Assembly: GCA_012295275.1 (NCBI GenBank)
Contig: CM022678.1
Coordinates: forward strand, 17,050,001 to 17,114,000
Direction of reading: 5' to 3'
DNA: 64,000 nt
From: Chrysomallon squamiferum
Taxonomy: Eukaryota; Animalia; Mollusca
A program made the translations under genes and the position numbers. Positions 1 through 13,460 of this stretch are shown piece after piece. Under the pieces are notes generated by a model. The model saw only the letters and a program-made list of their open reading frames with translations, ran no database searches and was not told where the DNA came from. How positions within the stretch are numbered: the stretch's first letter is position 1; every line of letters begins with the position of its first letter.

Positions 1-633
1 ACTTAACTCGGGGAGTGGGACATTTATAGATTTATTACATTTATTATTATTTTTATTACTGTGTTAAGTAACAAATGAAAAAAATTATATTTGATACACT
101 ACTTGAAATTCAAAACGCAAATTTTTATGCAGTGTGCACAGAAAAGATCTGCTTTCTAAAAGTTGCTTTAATCTCCATAACTTTCCGTCCGCATGAATCG
201 GGTATCTCAGTGTTCTTGTAATTTCGTAAGCGAGAAAGTTATTCGAGTTTTCAGTATCTGTTTTTCTATACGTTACACCATTTTAACATGTTAAATACTT
301 TAGACGAAGAAAACGAAAACGAAACACAAAATACTTAAACGTTTCGATAAATTCTAGAACGAATGTCGTTTTTGGTCGCTCCGGCCCCCAGCTATAGTTT
401 TTGTTTCCTTGTAGCTCATAGCAATAGATAATGTTTAAAAATAAACAAGTTTTTCATATTTCTACTATGACTCATGATCGTTTCAAGCCGGAAATATTTA
501 CCTCACTCGAGATGAGGTCACGGGTACAGGAATATAGACATAACCTATATATTTTTAAACTGGACCTGTTGCTGATAATCATGATTAACCACCAAGACTC
601 AAACACATTTTTAAACAATTCAAACACACTTAC

Positions 634-676
634 CTGTTTGTGATAAAACAAACAGTACAATTATTACCGGAGACAT
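634..676 (-). CDS. Exon 1 (signal peptide MSPVIIVLFVLSQT) of paralogue Z; rest of gene presumably lies left of the window
   Basis: 43-nt ATG...CAG|GTAAGT exon homologous to exon 1 of copies A-E, preceded by the same upstream module. Confidence 0.7.
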
Positions 677-1834
677 TCTTAATATAACTTCCGTCATTAT
701 GAATCGGGTATCTCAATGTCGTTGTAAATTCGTGAGCGAGCAAGCTCGAGTATCCAGTGTCTGTTCTTCTATACGTAACACACTACCTTAACATGTTAAA
801 TAGTTTTGAAGAAAGAAGAAACAAAAATATTCTACAATGTCCTGTCGTTTGTGTTCTTTTCGTACCTATCTATAGTTTCAATTTCCTTGTAGGTCATGGT
901 ATAAAAATAGACAGTTTCACAATGACGCGTATCTATATTTAGAATAGAAATCGTAGTACACTGGAAATACTTCGTTTCCATGTACGTACCAATGTATATG
1001 TATTGATACACACACTCATACATACGTACACACTTACATGATCATAAGGACTTATTAGGTATAAAGACTATATAATATAAACGATATAATTTATTTCATA
1101 ACGCAAATTAATAAATTATAAATAATTAATTGCAGCCATCTAGCAACTATAATTTAAAAGTAAAACCCGCCGTGTCAAATGTTACAGGGATTTACTTTTC
1201 CTGTAATAGTTCAAGCCATCAACATAATGTGAGAGTTTAATCCAGCTGTCCATGTATATAACAGTAAATAAGGCTACCGACTAACCGAGATGAAAATGTT
1301 CGCCTACCTATCGCTATGTATCCGGCAATTTTGGGTGGAGAGAACAAACTATACTTAACCGACTCATATAACCTCATTCTCACCTAGAATTAGTATACTA
1401 TTCTTAAATCCAATTTATTTTAATTATAATAAAGAAATTTCCTGAACATTTTTACACTAAAAATCCAGATTTTTCTCTCTGCTACTGAAAAATAATATAA
1501 ATTAAAGTGTAATTAAAATCAAATTAAATTAAACAAAATTAATAAATGAACTGAAATCAAATGAAATTAATAAGTGTATAAGACAAGTATTTTATTGTAA
1601 AATCTAATTTATTTTAATAATAAAAAAAATTACTCAATATTTTTGCACTAAAAATACAGATTTTTCTCTGTGCTGTAGAGAAACCATTAAATTATTTTCA
1701 TTTATAATATAAATGCTGAAATCGCATTTAAGTTATTTTCGAATTTTATGGATTATTTATTTCTTTGTTGTTTATTTATCATCATTATGAGCAACATAAT
1801 TTTATTTATTTATTTTTATTATAATTTCTATATC

Positions 1835-1900
<66 letters not shown>

Positions 1901-2538
1901 GTTGTTCTTGTTGTTATTATTATTACTGTTATTCTTTTAATTTATTCCTTTTTTATGAATGTAGGATATTTTTCTTTATCTTTAAACAAACAATTTTTGA
2001 AACTATATTTAGCAATCTGAATAAAATAAAATAAAATTTAAGTTAACAAAAAAAAAATATATATATAATTAAAAAAAATAAATAACATGTAATAAAAAAA
2101 ATTAAAAATTGAATTAAAATAAAATTAAATAAATGGAAATTAAATAAATATAAATTAGATAAAATAGGTGAAATTAAACTAAAACAAAACATGTCTACCT
2201 GTCTCTGTATATTAAAATATTTTGATCAGTAGAATGTCCGGGTATAATGAGTTTGTACTATATTCATTATATTCTGCTGAGTAAGTAAGTCATTTCACTG
2301 GACTCTTCTCTGCTGATGCAATGTTAAAAAGTCATGTACTCGTACGAACACAGACATACACACACAGAGAGATGAACATATACAAACACATAAAAACATA
2401 CAGACTCAAATATACAAAGGCGTTATCACACGCGAAACACATATACACACAGGCACATGAAGACCTACACGCATACATTAACACACACACAAATGTGCAG
2501 ATGTAAACACGCACTCACACGTATACATATATACACAA

Positions 2539-2658
<120 letters not shown>

Positions 2659-2820
2659 AACTTACTTTTGCACACATATCTCTACGATAGACTCCTTCCC
2701 GTGTATGGAAAAGGAAGAAAATGATAAGAACATTTATATGATTTTATTTTTAAAAATTTATAACTTCTATTGTTAATGGCCATATTTTTGCTGTTAGTAT
2801 CGAAACCACACAATTCAAAA

Positions 2821-2898
<78 letters not shown>

Positions 2899-3367
2899 CA
2901 GTTTATAACAGAACAAAAATTACTTGAATGTTCATCACAATATCTGAGCATAAATTCAGATTCTAACTTCTATTAGCAGATAAATATTTCACAAAGAAGA
3001 AACTAAATAAAATAGATATGTAAATATAAATATCGCAACGCTTTATCAAACACGCATACAAACATACAGAAGCAGGCAAACACCTAGGTTAATACACTAA
3101 AGAATACCGATGGTTACAAATAGTATTCATTATACACAACGTCTCAATTTCCAAGCGGCTTGAATGTAAACATAAATTCAGATCTGCTTAACTGAAAACA
3201 GTCCTGTATTGTGAGGAAACTAACACAAAATAAAGAAACACCTGTACACTGTGATGAAACAAATGTCAACAATGAAACTAACAAACATAACTGAAAACTC
3301 AACATTGTGATGAAACTAACAAAAATAATGAAACACTACCACCTGGTAATGAAACAAAGAAAATCAA

Positions 3368-3583
3368 TCAGATTTCGCATTCTTCAGCCTCGTTCTGAGG
3401 CGCGTTTGATGACATTCCTTTGCTATTTTTAAGACTTAATATCATTATCATCATCATTTTCATCATAGCTGATAATCTCTGCCTGAAACAAGTCGATCAC
3501 TGTGTAATCATCCGCAGCTGAGGCAGGAGAAGGGTTGCTATGGCAACGGAGTCTGTCCGTAGTATCTACTAACTGCCTGGTTG
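3368..3583 (-). pseudogene. A: truncated acidic cytoplasmic exon
   Basis: Homologous to 21180-21420 (RCHSNPS...PQNEAEECEI) then TGA. Confidence 0.75.
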
Positions 3584-4037
3584 CTGTAAATAGCAGAGAC
3601 ATTCAATCAATCAATTAATAGTTCTTACAGGACACCTCGTCATAGTTTAACATTAACTGTTACTATTCAGTGCTTTGTAACTACTAACCTATATGTAACA
3701 ACATTATCAAAATATTACAAAATATGTTCTCATTATCTCAAATAATTAATTTCATCATCATCATCATCACTATAATACATTACTATTACAGCTGCTGCTG
3801 CTACTACTACTACTACTACTATTATTAGTATTATTATTGTTATTATTATTATTATTATTATAGCTGCTCCTGTTGCTGCTGATTATTGTTGGTTGATGGC
3901 AGTGGTGGTGTTGGTTGTTGTTCCTGTGGTTACCTCTTGGTACATTTATTTTTCTACTTTACCCCCTTTTTTGTTATAGCTGTTATCATTATTGCAGCTA
4001 ACACCATCATTATATTGTAATTATTAAATTACAAAAC

Positions 4038-4144
4038 CTGGTTCCATTTCCGCGAGAGGAATCTGGTTAAGACGTTCTCGAATTGAGCTTTGCATACGTC
4101 CTCCTTCACTATGTTGTTTCTTTCTAGATCTTTTCTTCACTTTT
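4038..4144 (-). pseudogene. A: basic juxtamembrane exon
   Basis: RKVKKRSRKKQ...EMEP, AG/GT flanked, homologous to 20531-20637. Confidence 0.75.
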
Positions 4145-4562
4145 CTATATACAGAAATTAATATAGTAATTTATAATCTCAGTAGTTATTAATAGTATTT
4201 TTTATTATTGTCATTACTGTGCTAATGGCATTTTTAATAGTATTTTCATCATCGGTGTCGTCATTATTATAATTATTGTTATTATTATCATCATCATCAA
4301 CATCATCGTTAACATCATCTTCATTGTTTTGTAATTATTATTATTATTATTATCATTAGCCACTCTAAAGAGTATTCAATTGACTTAGTAAGACAGAGAG
4401 CGACAGTATACAATGAAAACTATATTTCACTTGTAATATTTCTTATTAGTAGTATACTGAAAATTACACATACAACAACAACAATAAGAACAGCAACTAC
4501 TACTACTACTACTACTAATAATAATAATAAATAACTAAATAACTAAATAAATAAAATCATAC

Positions 4563-4638
4563 CTCAAGAAAAAGAACGCAGCTAAAGAAATAGACAACAA
4601 AGTCAAAATAGTCAGCACTCCATACATAAGGAAATTCA
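4563..4638 (-). pseudogene. A: transmembrane exon
   Basis: NFLMYGVLTILTLLSISLAAFFFLR, AG/GT flanked. Confidence 0.8.
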
Positions 4639-5080
4639 CTGAAATAAAATAAGTTTCAGTTAAAATATCAAATATTAAACTGACACGTATATACTTTACC
4701 AGTCAGAACATAGCTATCACAATAGTTATCCAAACAGAAAATAGCTATCACAATTGTTAACCAATCAAAAAATAGCTATTACAATTGTTAAGCAACCAAA
4801 AAGTTCCTATCGAAATTGTTAAGCAGTACAGTTACACAATAGATAACCAATCAGATACTCGTTACCACAATATTTAACTAATGAAATTTTGGACTGAATC
4901 TACTCAACCAGTCAGAGTATGGAAATGCAATAACCAGCCAATCAGATTATAGACAGGCATTAACTTACTAATCACTTAAGACAACACTTTAACAAGAAAC
5001 CTGTTATCAGCAGAAAGTTCATCTTTTACTTTTAAACATTTTTACGTTTTTGATTGTTTTTGTTTTTCATTATTCTTCTT

Positions 5081-5158
<78 letters not shown>

Positions 5159-5236
5159 TATCCATTTATTTATTTATTTATTTTTGTATATATAACGTTT
5201 ATGAATGTCTGTCTCTTTGTGTGAGTGAGTACTTAC

Positions 5237-6324
5237 ATTCGTCGTGACTATAATTTGAAGACATAATACAGATCCCATTAGCATCACATACAGCGCAGTT
5301 GTCACTGCATCGATCTGAGCACGTCGGTCCATAGAAAGACGTTACACATCCGTCTACACACGATCTGTTGTTTTGATAGCATGCACTTCCGAGACAGTTA
5401 GCGGGACATGAATTGTTGCAGTAGATACCATGGTAACCAGGAAGAAACCATGAAGACATCGTTCTGAAAGCTTATGACATTGTCCTTTACAATTCCTAGG
5501 ACAGAAATCGCTGCAGTGTTCTCCCTTTCTTCCGCTGACACAAACCGCCCTGCACACAACGTAATCGGAAATATTTCCACACCGAACATGGCATTCCGAG
5601 CCACAAGAAGAGTTGCAGAATGCCCCATAAATGTCAGTGTTGTTGCATCCGTTCTTACATTACCCGGTTATGGGATCACACTTAGAATTCAGACAACGAT
5701 GAGGACAGTCTTTGCAACGGTCTCCGTAATATTTATCAGAAACACAGCCATCCACGCAGGCTCCGTTTTCCCTATTAGATACCTGATGCAGACAGTTCGC
5801 GCTGCATTTCTCTGAGCAGTTCATTCCAAAAAACCCAACTTTGCAACCGCGAAAGCATTGCCCGTTTCTGTTACAGGAATTTCTTAGACAGATGTTTAAA
5901 CAACGAAGCTGACAAGTTTTACCCCAAAATCCTTCAACACATTCTAAACACTCTCCTGTCTTTTTGGTGCAGTCTTTGTCTTTACATCTGTCGTGACACT
6001 TATTTTCGCACTGTGGACCAAAAAATCCTGGAAGACAGTCACCGATGCAGAAACCTTTATCGTCGGTGTTATAACAGTGCTGCTGACAACGTGGTCCGTA
6101 GAATCCATAAGGACAACGTTCACAATAACCTGTCCATCTGTAACATGTTCTATCAAAGCAACTATCACTACATTTCTCATCACAGTTTTTACCATGTGTT
6201 TTGTTATTGGGACAAAGTATATTACATTTTTCTTTGTAACTTTGTGAATTTGTTGTGCCTTCGTCAGAACAGGAAAGACACGTGTCGCCATCACCATGCT
6301 AATAATCTTCAGAACACCCCTCAT
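5237..6324 (-). pseudogene. A: multiple EGF-like repeat exon (disrupted)
   Basis: Cys-rich CxxGFFGxxC repeats; two in-frame stops and one -1 frameshift. Confidence 0.85.
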
Positions 6325-7132
6325 CTAAAAACAGAATTACTCGCATTAATTTACCCACAATTATAGGATATTGTGTGTGTACTACTATCACACTTGGAGT
6401 AATTAAAAGATGAACTGACAGAGTAGATACAAGGTTTGGGTGCACGCGTAAACGAAATTAACTATATTGACTTACCGCAATAAAAATTGAAATAGTGTGT
6501 CTCAGTATGCATCTGTACAAAAAGAAAAATCGTTATATTTATTAACACAAAGTATAAATGTTCGTCTGTATACATTCAGACAGTTAAACTGTGAGCCTTT
6601 TCATCCTATTTATCTGTCCTTTCAAATATATGTAGTATACCAAGTATTACGTCGATTCATCAATCGAATCTTAACGCAGCTGTAACCTGAACACATATCC
6701 TACTTATACAAGCTATCCTGCATAATACACAGCTTTCCTTTTTATGCTATTATCTATCATGCGTATCTATCCTACCTAAAATATGTCTACTGTCATGGAA
6801 TTCTGAATAAGTTAGCACATATTTTCTGCACATATCCCTCGTAATATGTCCGTTCCTGTTTGATATCTATTCTGTCAGACAGCTATATGATTCAACTATC
6901 CTAGTTAGCTATCCTCATTTAACATGTCAAAACTTCTGTGTATATGTGCTTACATAATACCACAACTATTCTGTGTATATCTATATCTGTACTTAACATA
7001 TCAACTATCCTGTGTATCTATCCTTAATATGTCAACTATCCTGTGTATCTATCCTTTCTTAACCTATGCACTATCCTGACTATCTATCCTGTTCTTTTTG
7101 ACTCTGCTAAGCTGGAACTGTGATAACTTTAC

Positions 7133-7234
7133 CTGTGCAAACTCCACAAGTCTTCACGCTCTCCATTTCGTTTTCGGGCATGCAGTTCTTCGGGGAACAT
7201 AGAACTGGGTTGTCTTTACATGTGAAACACTCAA
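7133..7234 (-). pseudogene. A: ShK-like domain exon (4th Cys replaced by Ser)
   Basis: VECFTCKDNPVLCSPKNCMPENEMESVKTCGVCT, phase 1-1 exon. Confidence 0.8.
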
Positions 7235-10078
7235 CTGAAATTGAACAAGTTGAAAAAACATTATATCAAATATTGGTCACTATGTAAATATATACATACA
7301 AACATATATACAAACATTCACACTCACACATATATACTTACATTGAAATATGGAGATACATGCATATACATACACACATACGCACACATGTATACACTTC
7401 TGAGTAATTTTATTTATTTATTTATTTATTTGTTTATTTATTTATTAGTTTGTTGTTTTGGCTCTTTTTTTTTTTTTTTCTATTGTTGCTTTTGTTGCAG
7501 GGTAACTATTTTTCAGGTATCAGCAATTTGAAACAGTTAAAAGTTAGAACGCCCATCAGACACACAATAATTTCAGAATTAAAGGTTCAATCTTAAATAA
7601 TATTTACTAAAAATTTAACTAAAACTTAGAATAATAGTTCATCAGAATTTAATTATCAAAAATTTAATAGTTCCTCATATGACGTAAGAACGTGTTACCG
7701 AATATGGTTCAGCTTAGCGCCTCACAAATTGCGTGTGAACTCAATAAGATTAGACTCCAAACAAATAGAGGTTCATACTAAAGATACAATCTACAAAACT
7801 TGTTAAAATATTTGCTATTAAATAATAGAAAGGCACATAAATCAAAAAAAAAAAAAAAAAAAAAAAGAGAGAGAGAGAAAATAAAAATGTGGGGGGGGTA
7901 GGGCTTTATATAGCTGATGGCGTCACCAAGTCTAAATTTGACACTGCGATCAATCCAGAAAGGCAAAGGGCTCACAGTAGTCAGTCAAAAGTCTACTGAT
8001 GTCCCTAGCGACAAGCTTAACGTCTTCTGCTTTAGAGCAAAAGGATACGCCCTACACGTGATGAGGTCACGGCTACAGAAATAAAAACAGCTCCCAGATA
8101 TTTTGTATACTGTACTCAGTGTTGTTACTCTACTTATTTCTAGTCATACTTCGTCATTAATCAAGATTAACTTGGTGGCCGAAAATTATAAATCTGTTAC
8201 ATTTTTTTTTTTGTACTACTGTTTTAAATAATAGATTAAAATTGTATTTGAGCTTTTATTTCAAGTTCTAGCAGGATTTCGGAAGGAGTATTGTACAAAT
8301 GACCAAAGTTACACATTACGTGGATACTAGAATGAAAATGTTTGTGAGGTAAAGAAAAAAGATATTTTTCTTTTAAAATTTCCTTTGATCTCCATAACTA
8401 ATTCACTTACCATACAAATTATTCTCATGAAGTTGACAGTTAACGAATCCTGAATTATTATCTTTAACATGACCTTGATTGTAATTAACAAAAATAAATT
8501 TTGCTTAAACCAATTAAATTTTATTATTGCATGCTAAATATTATATTTAAACGTATAGACCCACATAACTTAGGAGAATGTTTGGAGGTAAATGAGTTTT
8601 TAGAGGTATAACCTTAGTGTATAATCTTCTAGTTACTTTAAGCTTCAATTTCACTCTGTTTTACCATATTGAGTTTTCTAATGATATATTGCTCAAAAGA
8701 GTCTAATGAAATAGTGAAGAAACTTTACTAAAAAAAAAAAGAAGAATATTTAGAATAGAAGTCGTGTCAGGCCGGAAAATGTTTCCTTTACTCGAGAAGA
8801 GGTCATGGATACCGGTATAAAGACATCGCCTACATATTTTTAAACTGTGCTCACTGTTGTTAATTAAAATTAGATTGGCGGGGGAGGGGGAAATTATAGA
8901 CCTATTACCTTTATTTTTACTACTTTGTTAAACAATAGATTAAATTTGTATCTTGAAATAATATACTATTTCACATTCAGGTAGGATTTAGGAAGGACTA
9001 TTGTACAAATGACCACGTTTACACATTATGTGGATAATAAAATCGAAATTATTATTCAATGTGCAAAAAAAAACTTCTTAGTTTTAAAATCTGAATGGAT
9101 CTCCATAACTGATTTCTTCAAATACTACACAATTTGTTGTCATCAAGTTGGCGTCTAACGAAACCTTCAATCACTATGCTTAACGCAACGTTCATTGTAA
9201 TTAATGAATATACATTTTGCATAAATCAACTAAATTTTATGACTGTATGCTTTAAATTCAATTTAGTGACAAAGTTTGGGTGCGGGGAAATGTTTTGAGG
9301 CTAGAAAACACGCTCTGCTGACGTCTCTATCAGACAGTGTGTTTGCACGTGTAGCTGATTTAAACTTCAAAATCACTGTTTTACTACATATAAAATATGG
9401 CTGTTTCTAATGATATATTTATGAAAAGAATCTGTTATGGAAATAGGGAGAGAAACTTCACGAAAGTTTTTCAGTACATTATGAAGGACTATTAATACAG
9501 GCACTTTGGAGAATATTATATATATATATATGGAAATAAATTCTACAGCTATATGTATTTTTATAACAAAGTCTGATGAGCCTTTAATTGTTGTTTTCTT
9601 GATGAGATGTAAGTATATTTCGTCGCAGAGTGTATTTGTAACATGTATCATATATATATAGATATATAGATATATAGATAAATATATAGGTAGATAGATA
9701 GAAATATGGATAGATACATATACAGATAGCTAGATCAAATCGAAGGATAGACACATAGATAGATAGCTAGATAAATACATGGATAGATACATAGATAATA
9801 TAAATTTAGATGCGATGCAGAATCATATTTCATTTACTTATAGTTAACTACTACATTTACAATACAATTCTCGAATCCTGTGTTATCCTGTGGTCTCATT
9901 AGTTATTTTTAAGAAGCTATAAAACAATTAGGCTATTTTATGTGGTAGAAACATTTAAATGTCTCACAGATATTTAAGACAAAAAAAAAACACGCACACG
10001 TATATGCACATACAAACTTCAAATACAAAGGCAACACACAGATTGAAATACATATTTAAAGAAGTCAAATACACTTAC

Positions 10079-10121
10079 CTGTCTGCGATAAAACAAACAG
10101 TAGAATTATCATCGGGAACAT
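10079..10121 (-). pseudogene. A: exon 1 signal peptide MFPMIILLFVLSQT
   Basis: ATG...CAG|GTAAGT, 43 nt. Confidence 0.75.
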
Positions 10122-11261
10122 GTTTAATTCAGCTTCCATCGCGTGAATCGGGTATATCAATGTTCTTGTAAATCCGGTAGCGAAAAGGTCATTCGAGTTT
10201 CCTGTGACAGTTCTTCTACAGGTAACACACTATCTTAAAATGTCGAATACTTTAGACGAAGAAGAAAGAAGCTAAAAATACTAGAATGTACTGTGATTTA
10301 TAGTCGCTTCTGCCTACTTGCAATTTCAGTTTTCTTGTATGTCACAGAATAAAAATAAAGATTTTCTCATATTTTACAACGACGCATGTCTATATTTAGA
10401 ACAGAGATCATACTACACTGGAAATACTTACCTTTGTATGTACTTACGAATGTACACGCTCTGATTAATTAATTTATTTATTATTATAGTATTATTACTA
10501 TTATTACTATTATTACTATTATTATTATTATTATTACTATTATTATTACTATTATTATTATTATTATTATTACTATTATTTAGTTTTATTATTATCTGTT
10601 TACAAAAGTGATATAATGAAAAGAATATCACTTTTTGATATATGAAAAGAAGTAAAACACGCCGTAATGAGTAAAGTGACCAATGGAAATATCCTAAAAA
10701 TTATTCTAGGTTGGCCGTTTCCATGTTTATAAGAAGGAAAACATTTAAAACACTTTTGTGACACTTATATTAAACATAAATACAGTGTGTTTAATGATGA
10801 GTGAAATGTAAAATGTCTATATATTTTTATTTATAAATATCTGTAACTGACAATACGAGACAATTACATTTTGTGAAGAACAGAAGAAAATGAATGTTTA
10901 CATTCAGGCCGTTAGAAAACTCAGATAGTAAATATTTGCTTGAGTATGTCTATATGTCTGTGAGTGTCCGTTTAGCTGTTTTTATTTACTTATCAATTTT
11001 ATACAGAATCTGCTTTGAAAAAAAAATTCTGGAAATGGAAGATTTTACAGTTTGAATTTATAATCATATACTGAGTAAAATTTTCAGATAACCTTTTTTC
11101 TGTTTTAAACTAATAACAATAATTCAGGAGTGTGGTAAAGGATACTAAAAACAATAATAATAACATTAAGAACAACTGTTATAATAAAAATATAAATCAA
11201 ATAGATCTTCTTTTCATTTTCTTCGTCTTTCATATAGAGATGCATGCTAAAGTACATGTAA

Positions 11262-11267
<6 letters not shown>

Positions 11268-11351
<84 letters not shown>
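11268..11351. repeat. (CT)n microsatellite
   Basis: Direct reading. Confidence 0.95.
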
Positions 11352-11355
<4 letters not shown>

Positions 11356-11806
11356 CTCTCTCTACGTCTTTCTTCGTCAAAAGTCTTTATATATCTTTCT
11401 GTAACTATTTGTGTCTCTCTCTTTATATATCTCTCTAACTCTGTGTCTGTCTTTATCTATCTATCTCTTTATCTTTCTCTTTATATCTCTCACTCTAACT
11501 CTTTCTCTCTTTCTCTCTCTCTGACTCTGTCTGTCTGTGTCTCACTCTAGTTTATCTCTTTTTCTGATCTCACTCTATATTTCTCTCTCACTCTGTCTCT
11601 CTCTCTTCTCTTTATCTCACTGTCTCTCCGTCTGTCCCGCGCCCTGTCTCTGTCTTTCTCTGTGTGTGTATCTGTATATATATTTAAATTTATGAGTTTT
11701 CTTTGTGTATGTTTGCATGTTTGTATGTGCGTATTCTAATATGTGTATGCGTGTCTGTTTACGTGTCTACCTGCGTCAATTCATGTATGCCTTTGTGTGC
11801 CTGTTT

Positions 11807-11814
<8 letters not shown>

Positions 11815-11883
<69 letters not shown>
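11815..11883. repeat. (GT)n microsatellite
   Basis: Direct reading. Confidence 0.95.
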
Positions 11884-11886
<3 letters not shown>

Positions 11887-11939
11887 ACTTTACTTGTATT
11901 TACTTATGTATCAATACATGTGCATTCGTACGTATATAC

Positions 11940-12263
11940 AAAGGAAATATTTCCGTGTAGTACGATCTCCATTCTAAATATAGACACACGTCACTGTCAG
12001 TATGAAACAATGTCTATTTTTATTCCATGACCTACAAGGAAACTGAAACACTCGATTGGGGTAAAGAGACCACAAACAACAGGACATTGTACAATTTTTA
12101 GACAAATATAAGTATTTTTGCTTTCTTCTTTAAATATTTAACATGTGAAGATAATGTATTACGTATAGAAGAACAGATACTGGGAACTGGAATAACTTTC
12201 TTGCTCACGAATTTACAAGAACGTTGAAATACCCGATTCATGCGGACGGAAGTTGAATTAAAA
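11940..12263 (+). promoter_or_regulatory. Conserved ~320-bp upstream module (putative promoter/5'UTR) preceding every exon-1 copy
   Basis: Shared blocks ttctaaatatagac, acctacaaggaaactgaaac, ataactttc...cacgaatttacaagaac, cccgattcatgcggacggaagttgaattaaaaATG; function inferred from position only. Confidence 0.5.
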
Positions 12264-12306
12264 ATGACCTCGGTAATAATTCTGCTGTTTCTTTTAACTC
12301 AGACAG
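12264..12306 (+). CDS. B: exon 1 signal peptide MTSVIILLFLLTQT
   Basis: AAAATG context, hydrophobic core, CAG|GTAAGT donor. Confidence 0.75.
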
Positions 12307-13460
12307 GTAAGTTTATTTGAATTCTTGAAAAATGTGTTTGAGTGTGCACGTGTGTTGTGCCTGAATTATGTTAAACACACTTAAAATAAATTACTTCATT
12401 TGTATTGTGTTAAAAGTAACGACACACAAATGAGAAAATTTGGACAGGAAAATACAGACTCAAAAACTTGTTTTTAGAATTCTTAAATCCTGCTTGAACT
12501 TCAATTAGTATATCACTACAAGATACAGTTTTAATCTATTGTTTAACACACTAATTAATAGATGTAATGTTTACCCTCGCCTGCCTTTTAATTTTATTTA
12601 CAACAATGAGTACACTATAAAAATACCTTGGAGCTGTTTCTTTTTCTGTAGCCGTGACTTCAATACATATAGGATGTTTCCCTTTTCTCTATAGCACAGG
12701 TCGCTGACCTTGTCGTTAGTGCCCATGCGCAGCCGTTTGACTGATTATTGTGGCCGTTTTGTCTTTTTGTTTAGATCCTTTTCTAGGTTTCCTTGTTACG
12801 ATCACCCATCGTTTGTGTAGCCTGAATCCGATTGATAGCGGCTTTTGTATTCTTCCAGTAGTGTGACAGAATGGAGGAAGTTTCCATTTTCAGTACGACC
12901 TCTGCGTCAAAAGCGACAGCGATTTTCGGCAACTCCTTCTTACGTCATATGTTCTTAGGCCTCGTGCAGTTTGTACGTTCTTACGTCACAGGAGAAACTG
13001 TTAAATTTTTAATCATTAAACTTTCATGAATAATTATATGAACTTTTACTTAAATTTTAGTAAATAGTATTTAAGTTTAATCCCTTAATTCTTAAAATAT
13101 GATGTTTCTGATGGGCGTTTCAACTTTCCACTGTTGAAAGTGGGTGATTACCTGAAAAATGGTAGCCTCGCTTTGTTCTAAATATTATCTCTCAGCACAA
13201 AGACACACATATATGCTATGCACATGACGTGGTAGTCAAAATAGAAGAAGAAGAACAACAATACCATAAATCAAAAACAAAATATTTTAAATATAAACAT
13301 ACAATAATAATAATAAATGCAACAAACCTAAAAATAATTAAATAAATAAAATTACACAGAAAATAATTGTATAACCAAAACAATGTACATACGTACATAT
13401 TTATGAACATATGCATGTATGCATGTGTGAATGTATATTTGCATGTATATATATTAGTCA

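Larger units (their letters stand above)
3368..10121 (-). pseudogene. Paralogue A: signal peptide-ShK-EGF repeats-TM receptor with PTP domain deleted
   Basis: Exons 10121-10079, 7234-7133, 6324-5237, 4638-4563, 4144-4038, 3583-3368. In-frame stops TAG 6301-6299 and TAA 5662-5660, -1 frameshift near 5445; acidic exon ends at ...EECEI* and joins 3'-flank-like sequence. Confidence 0.85.

Noticed and set aside
5474-6366. Plus-strand and off-frame ORFs over the EGF exons (also 18114-18723 and 36290-37312)
   Set aside because: Antisense or shifted-frame shadows of the Cys-rich exon
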